From assembly GCA_965112735.1 (NCBI GenBank), contig OZ218951.1, forward strand, positions 2,604,001-2,668,000: DNA of 64,000 nucleotides, written 5' to 3'. The DNA is from Phaeosaccion multiseriatum. Lineage: Eukaryota; Protista; Ochrophyta, other classes. Positions 12,846 through 29,642 of this stretch are shown in pieces. Numbering within the stretch: the stretch's first letter is position 1; the number at the start of each line of letters is the position of its first letter. Under the pieces are notes generated by a model. The model saw nothing but the letters and a program-made list of their open reading frames with translations. It was not told the origin of the DNA and did no database searches. The translations under genes and the position numbers were made by a program.

Positions 12846-14371
12846 TCACGCGAGGAGGTCCGTTACATCAGCGTCCCCGAAGTCGTCGTCCTCTCTACCA
12901 CCGTCTCTACCACCGCTTCCCAAGCCTCCCCTGGCATCGTCTCTTCTATCGACAGTTCTCGCGCCGGGCGCCGCAATGCCCCCACTGCTTCGCCCCCCAT
13001 CGTCGTTGCTGCCACCCCCTCTGCCATCCTGCTGCTGTATCATCAACTGCTGCTGCTGCTGGTGGTGGTGATACTCCTGCTGCTGCTGCATCTGCTGCTG
13101 CTGCTGCTGCAGTTGTTGTGACTGCATCTGTTGCTGCTGCTGCCCCCTATCCAGCCGCGCCAGCTTCTGCTGATACACTTCGCACGGCCTCCCCAGGTCC
13201 TTGCAAATCGCCATGAGGTAGCGCAAGCACTCCAAATTCTCAGGATAGTCGGCGTGTATCTTCTCGTACAGCTCAAGTGCCTTGTGGTAGTCTCCCATAC
13301 GGCGATAGCACGACGTGACCATAAGACTCCACTTGACCTCGTTGGGCTGAATCTGACTCGCCCGCTCGAAAAAGTGAATAGCCTTCTCGTAGAGCTCGCT
13401 CTTGACATACCACACCCCGAGCCAGGAGATGACGTCGAGGTTGACGGGGTAGTGCCGATATGAATCTATATGGTACTTGAAGGCCTCGCTCTCATCGTCC
13501 TCCTTGTTGGCTATTTGGCCGAGGCGACTCAGCACGCCGGGGTCGCTGGGCACACGGGCCTATGGGTGGGGCGGGGGGGAGGGGTGACATCACATGACAG
13601 GGGCCCGACCGATGGACGAAAGGTAGGGTAGGGTTAGGAATGATGATGATGCGTGTACAGGAGAGGGAGAGGGAGAGGGAGAGGGAGGGGAGAGGAAGTG
13701 GAGAGAGAGACAGAGGGAGGGAGAGAGCGATGAGTGGGGGAGAGAGAGACGGGAGGAGGCAGCGTAAGCACAGCCAGCGAAGGACGAGCTCTCATGTGTG
13801 GTATGCCTTCGCTCTCTCCCTCCCTCGGATACTCTCTCCCTCCCTCCCTCACTCACTCACTCACTCACTCACTCACTCACTCACTCACTCACTCACTCAC
13901 TCACTCACTTACTCACTGACTCCTCCCTCCCGTCCTCGCTCCTGACACCAGGTTTTTGACCCACTGAATCACTCACTCACCAGCAGCATGTTGAACCACT
14001 TGGTGGCGGCCTTGAGGTCATCGTGTTGGTTCTCGTACATGTTTGCAATGTGAAACATGACCTCGGCGTTGTTGGGCAGGATGGTGTGAAGCTTCTCGAA
14101 GGCCTGCAGAGCGTCGTCCGTCTGGCCCAGCTGTTGGTGATTCAGTGGGGCAGGGGGGGGTGAGGGGATGAGTGAGTGAGTGAGGGAGTGAGTGTTTGAG
14201 GAGTTGGGTGGGTGGGTGGGAGGAAGCAGGGTGGGAGTGAGTGAGTGGGTGGGTGCAAGAGTTAGGGAGGGCAACAGCCCATAACATTGCCCACTCACTC
14301 ACGTATGCCGAGAGAAGGTCCCGCAATGATTTACACAAAAACAATTACAAACAAGGGACGGACTGACAACG

Positions 14372-14414
<43 letters not shown>

Positions 14415-17400
14415 ATCACCCCCCCACACACAACGCCCACCTGAATGTTGACTAAGCCTAGATTGAAGATGGCCTCTACACAATCCACCTCCACTCCAAT
14501 GGCCTCGAGATACACCTCCTTCGCCTTGTAATACTCCCTGTCCATAAACAGACAATTGCCCTTGTTCACCAGCGCCTTGGCATTGTAACGGTCGTGTCGA
14601 ATGGCCATGTCGGCATACCTATGTGCGCTCTTAAACTCCCCTTCGAGGAAGCAAATGAAGCTGAGGTCGGTGGAGGCCATGGCTTTGAGGTGCTGATCCT
14701 TCTTTTCGAAGCTTCGCAAGTGCTCAATGGCCTTATCAAATTGTTTCTTCTTGAGGAACTGCAGCGCCTTTTCAATCTCCATCTGACTGGCGATGTGCTC
14801 GTGGTCAGGCTTGAGCTGCTCAAACACCCAATCGTAGCCCACCTCCCAGTTCTTGGTGTCCAGCACTGGGCTGATGAGCTTGGCGGCCGTCAGGAGGTAG
14901 TTTGATGCCTCCTTCTGCCGCTGCCGGAGCTCCTTACGTAAGCCGTCAACTGCTGCTTCGCCCGTCACCTCGGCCTCTTCGGCGGCTTTGGCTTCATCTT
15001 TATCCTCCTCATCGTCCTGTGTGTGGCGGTTTGCGGAAGGAGTGTATGACGGAGGCACGGAGAGAGGGAGGGGGGGGGGAGGGACGAGATGAGGAGGGGA
15101 AGGAAGGAAAGACACGCCGAAGGAAGAAGTGGTTGTAGTTCCATCGACCTCCCTCCTTCCTTCCTCGCAACTGTTCCATACACCACGCTCCATGCTCTCT
15201 CCCACACTCTCTCTCTCACACACCTCTGTAAGACCAGGGATGGGGATGGCCACTAGTTTCTGAAACGCCTTGCGCATCTGCGTAACGTCCTGCAGCGCGT
15301 AGTAGCACAGAATCAAGTTGAAGCCCGTCTGGAAGTTCGGCGACCCCCCCATGATCGTCTCGTAGGAGGGGATGGCGTCGGAGAATTGCCCCATGCGGAC
15401 AAAGGCCGTGCCGATATTCCGGAAGATCTTGAACCGCACCTGTTGGTCAGTTGCCAGTTTCAATTTCAGTTTCAGTGTATTGACCTCGATGGGGCGTCGA
15501 TTTGTATCTGGCACCCATCGAAACATGTGCATCGATGATGGATATCGACGTCGATAAACTCTATCCTACCCAGAGCTCGCACGCACGCACGCACGCACGC
15601 ACGCACCTCCTTCCCCGTGTTGGGTATCTGGTCGAGGGCCATACGGTAGTTCTTGATGGCCTCGAGGTATTCGCCTTGTTCGTAGTAAATGTTGCCCATA
15701 TTGGCACGCAGACGGCCCGCCTAAGGAGGTAGTGAGGGAGGTGAGAAGAGAAGGAGAGGAGCAACGTGAGGAGGAGGCGGATCGGTCGATCGATGGGGGA
15801 GAGGGAGAGGGAGAGAGAGGGAGAGAAAGGGGGGGGGGGCGGGAGGGGGGTGGGAGAGAAAGAGAGGAGAGGGGGAGGGAGGGGGAAGGATAAGAGAGTT
15901 GACGTTTGTGCATGCTTCCCGAGGGACTTCCTCCTCCGCCTCCTCCTCCTCCGCCTCCGCCTCCTCCTCCTCCTCCTCCTCCTCCTCCTCCTCCTCCTCC
16001 TCCTCCTCCTCCTCCTCCTCCTCCTCCTGCTCCTCCCCCATCTCCCCCACCTACGCACACACCTGCGGATACTGCTTGTTCTTGACAATGGCGCTGTACT
16101 CCCGCAGAGCCTCCTTTAACATGCCATGAGCATGAAAGCTGTGCGCCAGATTAAAGCACACTGAGTAGGTAAGGTCGAGATTGATCTGCTCCACGAGGCC
16201 ATGCCTCTCGCGATGCTTGCAGAGCGCCTTCTCCTTCTTGTCCGCCTCCTTTGCCAGCTCTAGTGCCTCGTCGAACTTCCTGTCCATACCCACCTACGTA
16301 GCATTACGTAAGAGAGGTGCACGAGAAAAGTGCCAATGAGAGAAGGAGGGGATGATGTGGAGGGGTGGGAGGGCGTGGTCTCATCAGTGAGGGAGGTGCG
16401 GGTGAAGAAATCGTAATTCGAGCACCATTCCTCCATCCATCCTGCGCACCTGCTCCTCCACACCTCCACAATGTGTCCATACCCTACACATACACATCCA
16501 GCAAGGATGGTAGACCTTCTACAGCTACACTCAAGCTGCTCTCCGCCATGTGTGGAGGAGGCAGAATGGCTATGCCGCTCTCCTCGCCTCTTCCACCTCT
16601 CCCCTCTCTCCTCCATTCCCCCCCCCCCCAGCCTCTTCCCTCTCGGTGTCTCGCATGTGTGTGTGGAGTGTGTTGTATGTGGTGCGTAAGTGTCCTCTTT
16701 CTCTCCCTCTTTCCCCTTCTCTCGTACCTCAGCGCTCTTCTCGATGAGCTTGTGCACCGCCTTCTCCATCTCGCGAGCCATGTCCTCCGGGCTATTGTCG
16801 CCCTTCTCCGCCAGCGCAGGGGCCGGCCCTTTCCCCTGACGCAGCGGATCAAACGCAGACACCTTGCTCTTGGACTGGTACCCCGCCCCTGCCACTGAAG
16901 TCATTGGTCGGGCTTCCCCCGGCCCCCGCATTGCGGTACCTGGAACGCCACCCCCTCCTCCCCCACCCTGTGCCCCGGTCATTAGACGCCCCATTTGGGT
17001 TGGCGGTGGTCGGCCTCCGTTGAGCGCTGTGGGTTGTCGGAAAGCGGCCGTGCCTGGAACAGCCGCTGTTCGCATGGCTGTGCCCACGGCGTTTGCTGTA
17101 CCCGGCATTTGGGAAGGAATGCTGCGTGTGTAGGGGGGTGGGGGGGGGGGGGCAGGGGATGGGAGGGAGGAGGGGGGGGTGGTGGTGAGGGGCAGTAAGG
17201 ACGAAGGGACGGGTGAAAGCGAGGGAGAGAGGCGAGCGAATAGCTCTCTCCCCACCGATGAGGCGGGTGAGGGGGCTGGTGAGGGTAAGGCGGATGACGA
17301 AGCGGAGCATACGCCTTCTTGCAGACTGAATGAGCCGAGAGAAGATTGCACCCCTGAGCCCGCTTTGACTGGGATTTGTGGGAACACTCTTCTATGCTGT

Positions 17401-17690
17401 CTCCAAGCAATAAACGCTATAGTAGGAGGAAGCAGGGGAGGAATGCTTTGGTATCGTAGGAAGAAGAAGAGCAAACAAGAACGCAGAGCAGAGGCAGCAT
17501 GGGAGGGGTGACGGGAAGAGCCACCTCGGCCTGCTGCAGGCAGTCAACGCATTCCTCCATACTCAGCTACAAACCCCCTCTCTTGCAATCTCTCTCACCT
17601 GTAGTTGAAGTCCTCATAGAGATCATCGTCAGCAGCGGCGCTCTCTTTCGTGGGGCCCAGCCCTCCTCCCCGCACCCCTCCAAATATCAT
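12846..17690 (-). CDS. IFT88: Intraflagellar transport protein 88 (TPR protein), ~828 aa
   Basis: Exons 17690-17599, 17121-16728, 16293-16063, 15720-15607, 15439-15224, 15016-14441, 14130-13981 and 13559-12846 sum to 829 codons. Signature segments: DDDLYEDFNY, ARPMTSVAGAGY, INLDLTYSVCFNLA, AIKNYRMALDQIP, DRYNAKALVNKGN, SYRHYPVNLDVISWLG, YPENLECLRYL. Confidence 0.95.
13848..13917. repeat. (TCAC)n / (GTGA)n intronic microsatellite
   Basis: Seen directly, inside an IFT88 intron. Confidence 0.9.
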
Positions 17691-18097
17691 CCTTCCCCAG
17701 TGTCGTTTTCCCTGCCTGTGTGCAAGCTGCTGCGCTGCTGGTGCTGACTGGAGGCACCCCTCCTAACTCTGGGTTGTGCCAAGCCCCAGCTCCCCCCACG
17801 ATTCCCCTCCGGTAAGTATCCCCCCTCTGACCGGCCGTCTCAAGAGATAACTCCCCCTCTCCCTTACGATATCCCTTGACTTTCAGTGAGCTCCAGCGTA
17901 GGGATTCTCTTACGCAACAGCGTACGAATTGTGGAGAGAGCGGCAGAGAGAGAGAGAGAGAGAGGGAAATGTGTGTATAGAGACAGAATAGAGGGAGGGA
18001 TCAAGAGAGAGTAAGAGCGGAGAGGCAGGGATTAAAAAGGGGGGGCTCAGCGGTTGCAGCAAAGCCCGTATGCCCGGAATGACGGTTTCCGAACGGC

Positions 18098-18471
18098 ATG
18101 GACGGAAAGCTGGGGGGGCCGGTTTGCGTTTGCACAATCGGCGTGGGAGCAGCCATGTTCTTCCTCCCTCTACTCGCCTCCCTATCTCTGGATGCTACTG
18201 TAGTAGCCTTGTTCTTCTTTCCTCCTGGCGAAGATGGGCAGTCCTGGTTTGACATTGATCTGGTAAGCTTCCCCTATCCCTTTCTTCCCTCTCCCCCTTC
18301 TCCATGTCAAACTCTCCCCCTTCTTCCTCTTCTCACTTATGGCTGCCTGTGCGGTGCAGCAACTTGGCTTGCCTTCCATGTCTTGGAATCATCTGTATGG
18401 CCTGCACCTTAGAATTTGTTTATTTTCGGTGACGCCCCTTTCCCTCCCCCCCCGCCCCCTCCTCTCTCCCT

Positions 18472-18535
<64 letters not shown>

Positions 18536-21500
18536 GCTCCCCCGACAGCTATGCCTTGCCCTGGCGCGGCAGCTTGTTCTCCTGCCCTGGGCGGTCCCCT
18601 GGTTGCACAAGCGGCGTCTTCCCCTCCCCATGGTGCCGCTGGCCTGGCTCGTCGGCAACCTCCTCTTTGTCATCATCAAGGGAATCCTGATCCTGGTGGA
18701 CCCTCCTCAAGAGCTGGCCGGGGAAACCGTGTACTGGTGGCTCCTCATTTCGTGCTCTCTAGGTGAGGGAGGGAGAGAGAGAGAGACAAAACAGAGCGGG
18801 AGGACTGATGGGAGTCCCGGCTGTGCGTCTGTTTGTGTGTCTGCTTAAGAATCTTGGCTTCGCTACCCCTTCCTTCCCTTCTCCCTCTCCCCTCTCTCTC
18901 TCCCTCTCCCTCACCAGTCCTTCCTCCCTCCTCCCTCGTCCCCGATTGCCACCGCGCTCTTTTCCTGCTGATGTCCCCACTCCCCCCCATACATGCTTCA
19001 CCGTGCAGGGTCAATCTTTGCACAGCTCTTTTGCATACAGCACTTGCGCAGCAGTAGACCTAGACCACAAACAAAGACGATCTTCATGGGCTCACGGCTG
19101 GGTCCGCGCATGCTCAACTACAACTTTAGAAGCGGCAGCGGGAAGGGGCCAAGGGGGGGGGGGGGTCGGGGGAGGGAGCTCAACGGCGATCTCGCGGTCG
19201 GCCTGCTTCCCTCTCCCTCCTCTCCAGGCCGCTACGGCATGGACGATGGCAGTGGAAGGGGCGTCGCCGGGGGTGGGGGTGAACGCTCGGAGAGGGATGA
19301 TTCGTGCTACAGATCGGGGTCGGGGGGGGGCGGCGGCCCCGGAGGGGGAGGGGTGGAGGATCTGGTAGACATGTTTGCAGCGCGAGTGGAGGCCGCTCGC
19401 TACTATTGGGAGCACAAGGTGCATGCATTGCGCAGTAGACTGCAGCCCCGCTTCACCAGGCTGGGGGAAGAGGGGGGAGAGATCAGCAGCAGCAGCAGTG
19501 GGGAAGGAGGAGTAGAGGGTCCGGCAGGACGGGAAGGCATCGCAGTCACAACCTTCGGCGCTCGCTACATGCTGCTGCGTCGGGTCTTTTATTTGCTGGT
19601 GAGGAAATCGAATGTTGAATCCGTTATGCTATCTGTGTTGGGTGATGTGGTCTCATTCTGGAAGGAGGAGGGAGGGCAGGGCAAGCTATACATGGCACGG
19701 GCGGGTATTCATGCTCAAAGTGAGCTCCCATCCCCTGCCATCCACTGCCATCCCATCCCCTGTCATCCACTCATCCACTGCCATCCCCGATAGGTGCGGC
19801 TGTACGCCTACGATGACGTGCTCGATCAGCTCACGGCCTGCGCCGCCATCGACAGCCGCTGCCTCGAGTTCTTCTCAGCCCAAATCATGTCCTACCTTGT
19901 GTGGGACGCCTATTGGAGCGGAGGGGCGCTTGAGCGGTGGTTGCTGGCTCGCTGTGAGGAGTCTCTAGAGCTAGCTCATGCCATGGAGTGGCAGTTACGC
20001 ATGTACACGTGTCGGAATGAGGCGGGTATCGATCAGTCCGGTCTCCGGGCCATTGGCAGTCTGTTCGAGGAGGTGCGCAGGAAGGGAGCCAGGGCGGCCT
20101 ATCGGCTTTTCTTGAAGGACAAGCGCAAGGCACAGGCAGAGGTGGAACGCGAGGCGGGTGGGAGCAGCAGCAGCAGCAGCGGCAGCAGTAGAATTACTTG
20201 GGTCCAGGGCAGCGGCGAGGGTGAGGCGGCTCCTGGTCATGCCAATGCCGATGATGGCGTTGGAGTCAGGGTCACGAGTGGTGGAGTGACTACTCCAGCG
20301 GCTACTGCTAGAGTGGCAAGTCAACGGCGAGTAGAGGTCGACGTTGGTAGTGCTCTGTACCAAGCGACCCCTCGCTTTCTAGACCGCCTTACTGAGATCG
20401 CTGCACAGTTGATGCAGGTGAGAGAGTGAGAGAGGAGAGGGGAGGGTGGGGTGGGGGGGGGGGCGTGCTTGGGATCAGTTGATGATGTCTTGGCTGCTGC
20501 ACTCTCTTCCTCGGGGGTGGAGTGTGTGAGAGAGAGAGGGAGACAAAGAGGCGGGGTGGGGATCGAGCGGGGAAGAGAGAGGGAGAAGGGGTGGGAGGAG
20601 AGAGAAATGAGAGGGACATCATGTACACTCTCGTATCGCTGCCAGCAAGCGGTGCACAGAGAGGGGCTGCATGACTGATGCGCATCCATTTCCATCGGCC
20701 GTTTTTACACCAGCGTAACTCCTACTCCTCCTCTGCCCTCCCCGCTCCTCCTCGCCCACTCTCTCCTGTCCTGACACGCCACAGGTTCAGCAATCTCAGC
20801 GGGTCGGTATCCTGCGGAAGCGGCTCGACGAGGTTAAGAACGAGCTCCTGATGGAGGGGGTGGTGCATACTGGTGACAGCTCTAACAGTCCTCCTACCGA
20901 TAGCAGTAGCAGGAAGAGTAATAGTAGTAGAACTAGTAGTAGTAGTGGTGGTGGTAGTGGAAGTAGCAAGAGGAAAGCCGGTGTATGTGCGGGCACCCCA
21001 GACAAGAACAAGAACAGCAGCAGCAGCAGCAGTAGTAGCAGCAGCAGTGGCGATGGAGCTGGCGTTGGCGCCCCTGAGGTCACAGGGCAGGAGAGCGAGA
21101 GCCTCACTCGGGTAGTGGAGGAGGGGGGGGGGGAGGAGAAGGAGGAGGAGGAGGAGAAGGACAAGGACAAGGACAAGGAGAATGCAGTAGCGTCGTCCTC
21201 GTCCTCTTCCTCCGCGGAAGAAGTCTTGACCCTGGCGGCTGCGTCGATGGTGTATCTGCCCCTGGTTGGGAGTCGCCACACCGTTGTGAGCTTGCATGCA
21301 GACGAGTCCTTCACCTTCAATACCAAGGAGCGCGTGCCCTGCTTCGTGTGCGTTGAGGTCGTTAGCCGATCGGCGGCTGTTGCTGTGGCCGTTGCTGCTG
21401 CTGCGGCTGGTGCGGGTGCTAGTGCTGCTGGTGCTGCTGGTGCTGCTGGTGCTGCTCAGGATGAGGATCTGTCCTTTCCGGCCGGAGGAGAGGACTACTC

Positions 21501-23252
21501 AAGGCTAGCTGGAGCAGATGACGACGTGGAGGCGGGTAGGGCAACCGCAGCAGTAGGAAGAAGAGCAGGAGGAGGAGCCGCAGCAGCAGCAGCAGGAGAA
21601 GAAGATTCAGGGGCCACTGGTGTCAGGACTGACGCCGCCGTGTGGGCGTGCGTGTCCCGGGAGCAGCGGGAGCGGGCCAGCGGCAGGGGTCTCTTGGGTC
21701 GCTGGAATGCACACGTGATGCAAGACCTTCGCGGGGTGACTCAGAGGCTCAGCGAGGGAGGGGCAGAAGTTCGATCTCTGTTCCGGAGGAGTCCGAGGGG
21801 GAGAGGCCAGGGGCAGATTCAAGGACAGGAGGGATTCTCGCCAAGCCGCGGAGAGAGAGAGAGCAGGGGCGGTAGTAAGGGCAATGACAATGGGGGCGGT
21901 GAGGGTCGCAGTAGGGAGGGAGATGGTAACGAAGGCAGAGACAGAGACCGAGATGAAGGACCTGGCAGTGGCGCAGAGCTTTCCCTGATGGAGGGCGGAG
22001 GACGAACGGGCACGGGTGCGTGGGGAAGCCTCACGGAGAGGCTATTGCGCGGCGGCCGTGGGAGTGGAGAGGTTAGTGGTGGGGGGCAAGTGGCGGGGAT
22101 GGGATTTGGAGGTGGGGCCGAGAGCAAGGGTCAAAATCAGGGCTATCCTCCGCAAGAGGGAGAGGAGGGGGGTGAAGGGACGATGAGGGAAGATGCCGAG
22201 GAAGGGCCAGAGACGGCAGAGAGCAACCAGGCCGGGACGACGACGCCGACGCCTGTCGCATTATCTGCTGCTGCTAGTGGTGGTGGTGACGGCAACTCAG
22301 CCCCACCCTCGCCCTCAGGAGGATCGTTGAGTGAAGTCGAATTTGTCAATAGTAAGGCTGCTGGGGCTACGGACTCACGGAAGGACGCGAAGCAAGCGGA
22401 GGACGACGCCATTTTCAAAGAGAGATGGGCAGCAAAAAGCGAAAGGATCCGGGCAGGCTCTCGGTGGGGTCAGGAGCAAGGTTGGGCCCTGGTACCCATT
22501 ATTGTGAAGTCGAATGACGACCTTCGACAGGAGCAACTGGTATCTCAACTCTTGGCCACCGCCCACCGACTGCTGAGCGAGGAAGGGGTGCCCGTGTGGC
22601 TTCGTCCCTATGAGATTGTGGCGCTGACTCCAGATACGGGTATCATTGAAGCAGTACCCGACACCATTTCACTGGACGCACTCAAAAAGAAGACGGCGAA
22701 GGAGGGAGGAGCCGGGGGGTGTACCGGGGGTGGGGGAGGGGGAGGGGGAGGGGGAGGGGGAGGAGGATATGTGTCTCTGTTGCGCTTCTTTGAGCAGCGC
22801 TTTGGGGAGAGGGGCACAGAGGGCTTTCTGGAGGCGAGGAGAAAGTTCGTGGAGTCAATGGCAGCCTACAGTATCATCTGCTACTTGCTGCAGGTACGGG
22901 CTGGGGGGGGGAGCGGAGCGGGAGGGAGGGAGGGAGGGAGAGAGGAAAGGTGGAGGCTCAGTTGGGCTTAATTTTGTGTGCGAAAGATCCTGTGGGTGGT
23001 TGAGGGGGGGGGGGGCTCTTGTCTTAAGCATGGAGCTTCCTTGCTGCCCCTTACTTTGCCCATCCTAATCCTCCCTTCCTCATTGACTGACTGACTGACT
23101 GACTGACTGACTGACGGACCGAGTAACTATCTGACTTACTCAGTCAGACACTCACTCCCTTCCTTCCTTCCTTCCTTCCTTCCTTCCTTCCTTCCTTCCT
23201 TCCTTCCTTCCTTCCTTCCTTCCTTCCTTCCTTCCTTCCTTCCTTCCTTCCT

Positions 23253-23284
<32 letters not shown>

Positions 23285-23948
23285 TCCTTTCTCTCCCCCC
23301 CCCCTTTCCCTCCTCTCCCTCCCCTCTCTTCCTCCCTTCCTCCTTTCCTCCCTCCCTCTCTCCCTCCCTCCTTCTCTCCCTCCCCTCCCTCCCTCTCTCC
23401 CTCCCTCCCTCTCTCCCTCCCTCCCTCTCTCCCTCCCTCCCTCCCATGTTCTGTTCTTCCACACGAACAAACCCAACCGTCCCCCCTAGATCAAGGACCG
23501 ACACAACGGAAACCTGCTCCTGCACGCAGAGGGCTACATCATCCACGTGGACTTCGGTTTCATTCTGGCCAACTCCCCAGGGGGGAACTTCAACTTTGAA
23601 AGTGCACCCTTCAAGCTCACGAGCGAGTTTCTGGAGCTCATGGACGGCCCTCGCAGCGCTTGCTTCAGACGCTTCAGAGAGCTGACCCACCAGTGCTTCC
23701 TCGCTCTGCGCTGCCACTCCGATGAGATTGTGTGTTTGGTTGAGATGGCGGCGAGTGGGAATGCCAGTCTGCCGTGCTTCCAAGGAGACCCCGGTGGCAC
23801 GGTGGAGGCGCTCGTGAGTCGATTCCAGCTGCACCTCAACGATCGGGCGTGCCTATCTCTGACCCATGATCTCATCGACGCCTCCATTGACTCGTGGAGG
23901 ACGGCTTGGTATGACCGCTATCAGAGGTTCTGGGTGGGTATTTATTGA
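18098..23948 (+). CDS. Phosphatidylinositol 4-kinase (type III beta-like) with hydrophobic N-terminal extension, ~1386 aa
   Basis: Exons 18098-18262, 18549-18762, 19009-19598, 19794-20417, 20785-22893 and 23490-23948 join in frame. Motifs: helical-domain-like LEFFSAQIMSYL, FNTKERVP, IVKSNDDLRQEQL, FVESMAAYSIICYLLQ|IKDRHNGN, IHVDFGF, FESAPFKLT, C-terminal YDRYQ. Confidence 0.9.
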
Positions 23949-23980
23949 GTGAAAAGTGAAGGAAGGGGGAGAGAATCGGC

Positions 23981-24060
23981 CCTGGACAAGGTTACAGTGT
24001 GCGCCGGCCATAATCAGTAATCAGGCCGGCTGGTGTATAATCAGTAATCAGGTAACCCTG
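23981..24060. repeat. Short dispersed repeat built on TAATCAGTAATCAGGCCGGCTG, bounded by CAAGGTTAC...GTAACCCTG
   Basis: Near-identical to 31044-31120 (cctggacaaggttac-gtgtgcgccggcc-taatcagtaatcag) and related to 29467-29630. Confidence 0.75.
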
Positions 24061-24188
24061 AAAGGGGGGAAGAGAAAGGAAAAAATGGAAATTGGAAGCC
24101 GTCGGGTCGTTACAAATGTCGGGTCGTTACAGATGTCGACGATGTCTTTCTCTCTCTTTCCTCTCTCTCTTGCTTCGCACTATACCTA

Positions 24189-28105
<3,917 letters not shown>

Positions 28106-29170
28106 AGGAGTTCGGAGGAGGGAGAGGAGTGCAGGGGGGATGGGGTACTTGCGCACACCGCAAGTCTCTCCCATGTTCATAAGAGACGATAGAGGGGATG
28201 AGGTTAAAAGACGAGGGGGATGTTGTGGGGGCAAGGAAAAGCCCCCCCTCCATGGCCCCGTGGAGAGGGAGGAGCACTGCAGCGCGATATGGAGACCCGC
28301 AAGAGTCGCACAATGAATCCACCCTGTCAGTACAGGAGCTCGGTGGAGGCTCAGCGGCGGGGAGGGGAGGGGAAGGGAGGGGAGGGGAGGGGAGGGGAGG
28401 GGAGGGGGGCGAGGGACGAGGGGTATTTGAGCTTCACTTAATGACGTCACGTCTGTCACGTCTCTCCTCTCGTCTCCGCATTGATGGGACATAACACTCC
28501 CCCCCCTTACTGCCGTTGTACTGTGGATTGTGGTAGGAGGGAGTCCTTTTGACCTTTTACTTCAGTACGGTGGGTCAGGAGAAAGAGGAGATTGCGTAGC
28601 ACTAGTGATAAGTTGGAGGAAAAAGAAGGAGGAGGTACATTCCATTGGTACAGTACATAAATTTCATTTCTAATAGTAAACATTGATCATTCAGTTATTA
28701 CGCAGAGAGTCCAGGAGAGAGAGAGAGAGAGGGGGGGAAGCAGGCCAGCAACTGCTGATGATGTGCTCCCCCCTGAGCGGCTCAAGTTCTCAGTTTACTG
28801 TACTTCAAACAAGGCTGGCCTAAAAGGGGCGGCCCGCTAATTGGGGTTATACACCGCATAGTGACTCGCCCCCGCCCTCAGGGGCGTCAGACCCTAAGCT
28901 GACGACTGAGGAAGAGCGTTGTCAGCTTGCCGTTCAGGCGCTTGACAGACTAATCTGAAACTTCAAATTAGATTAGGATGACGTTCGCTCGCGAGGAGGA
29001 GGAGGAGGAGGAGGAGGGGCATTGCGTCTGAGAATGGGTAAGGATGTATGGAAGGACAGGAACCCTCCTGTCTGCCTGCCCTGGCCCCCATCCCCCACAC
29101 CCCACCCTTCCCTGTCCTACCCTACGCTATACATCCCTACCCCCTTTCCCTTCCCTTCCCTCCCTTTTCT

Positions 29171-29330
29171 ACCCTATGATACTCTATGATACCCTATGGT
29201 ACTCTATAGTACGTATGGTACCCTATGGTACTCTATGGTACTCTACGGTACCCTAGTATGACTCTATGGTACCCTATGGTACTCTTTGGTACCCTATGGT
29301 ACCTATGGTAGGTACCCTTTGATACCCTAG
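29171..29330. repeat. 10-bp minisatellite (ACYCTATGGT)n
   Basis: About 15 degenerate tandem copies, e.g. accctatggt actctatggt. Confidence 0.85.
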
Positions 29331-29642
29331 TGGCTGTGGTGGTGGCTGTGCGGTTGTGGCGGTTCGGCCCCAGACTGGCCTAGAAGCCTAGGCCTAGAGT
29401 CGAAATTTGGCCGGCCTAGAGGGGGCCTAGGCCTATTTTTGGCGCAGCCCCCCCGGCCTAGGCCTATTACGGTGTGCGCCGGGACCGCAATCAGTAATCA
29501 GCCCCCAGCTGGCGCATAATCAGTACTCAGGCCGGCTGGTCACCGGCTGTAAGCAACCAGGCCGGCTGGCGCCGGTCATAGTCAGTAATCAGGCCGGCTG
29601 CGCCGGCCGCAATCAGTAATCCGATAATCGGTCAGGGTCGAC

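Noticed and set aside
15561-16129. Poly-Glu/Gly/Arg ORFs
   Set aside because: A (GAG)n tract inside an IFT88 intron; IFT88 splices cleanly around it.
17525-17566. Possible extra 42-nt IFT88 exon with AG/GT borders
   Set aside because: Inclusion gives an immediate in-frame TGA; exon 1 joins 17121 in frame without it.
23136-23476. ORFs with GRKE/GGRE repeats
   Set aside because: Antisense translation of intronic (CCTT)n/(CTTT)n/(CCCT)n in the PI4K gene.
29171-29330. Telomere-like repeat
   Set aside because: The 10-bp ACYCTATGGT unit does not match TTAGGG/TTTAGGG-type repeats and is internal; treated as a minisatellite.
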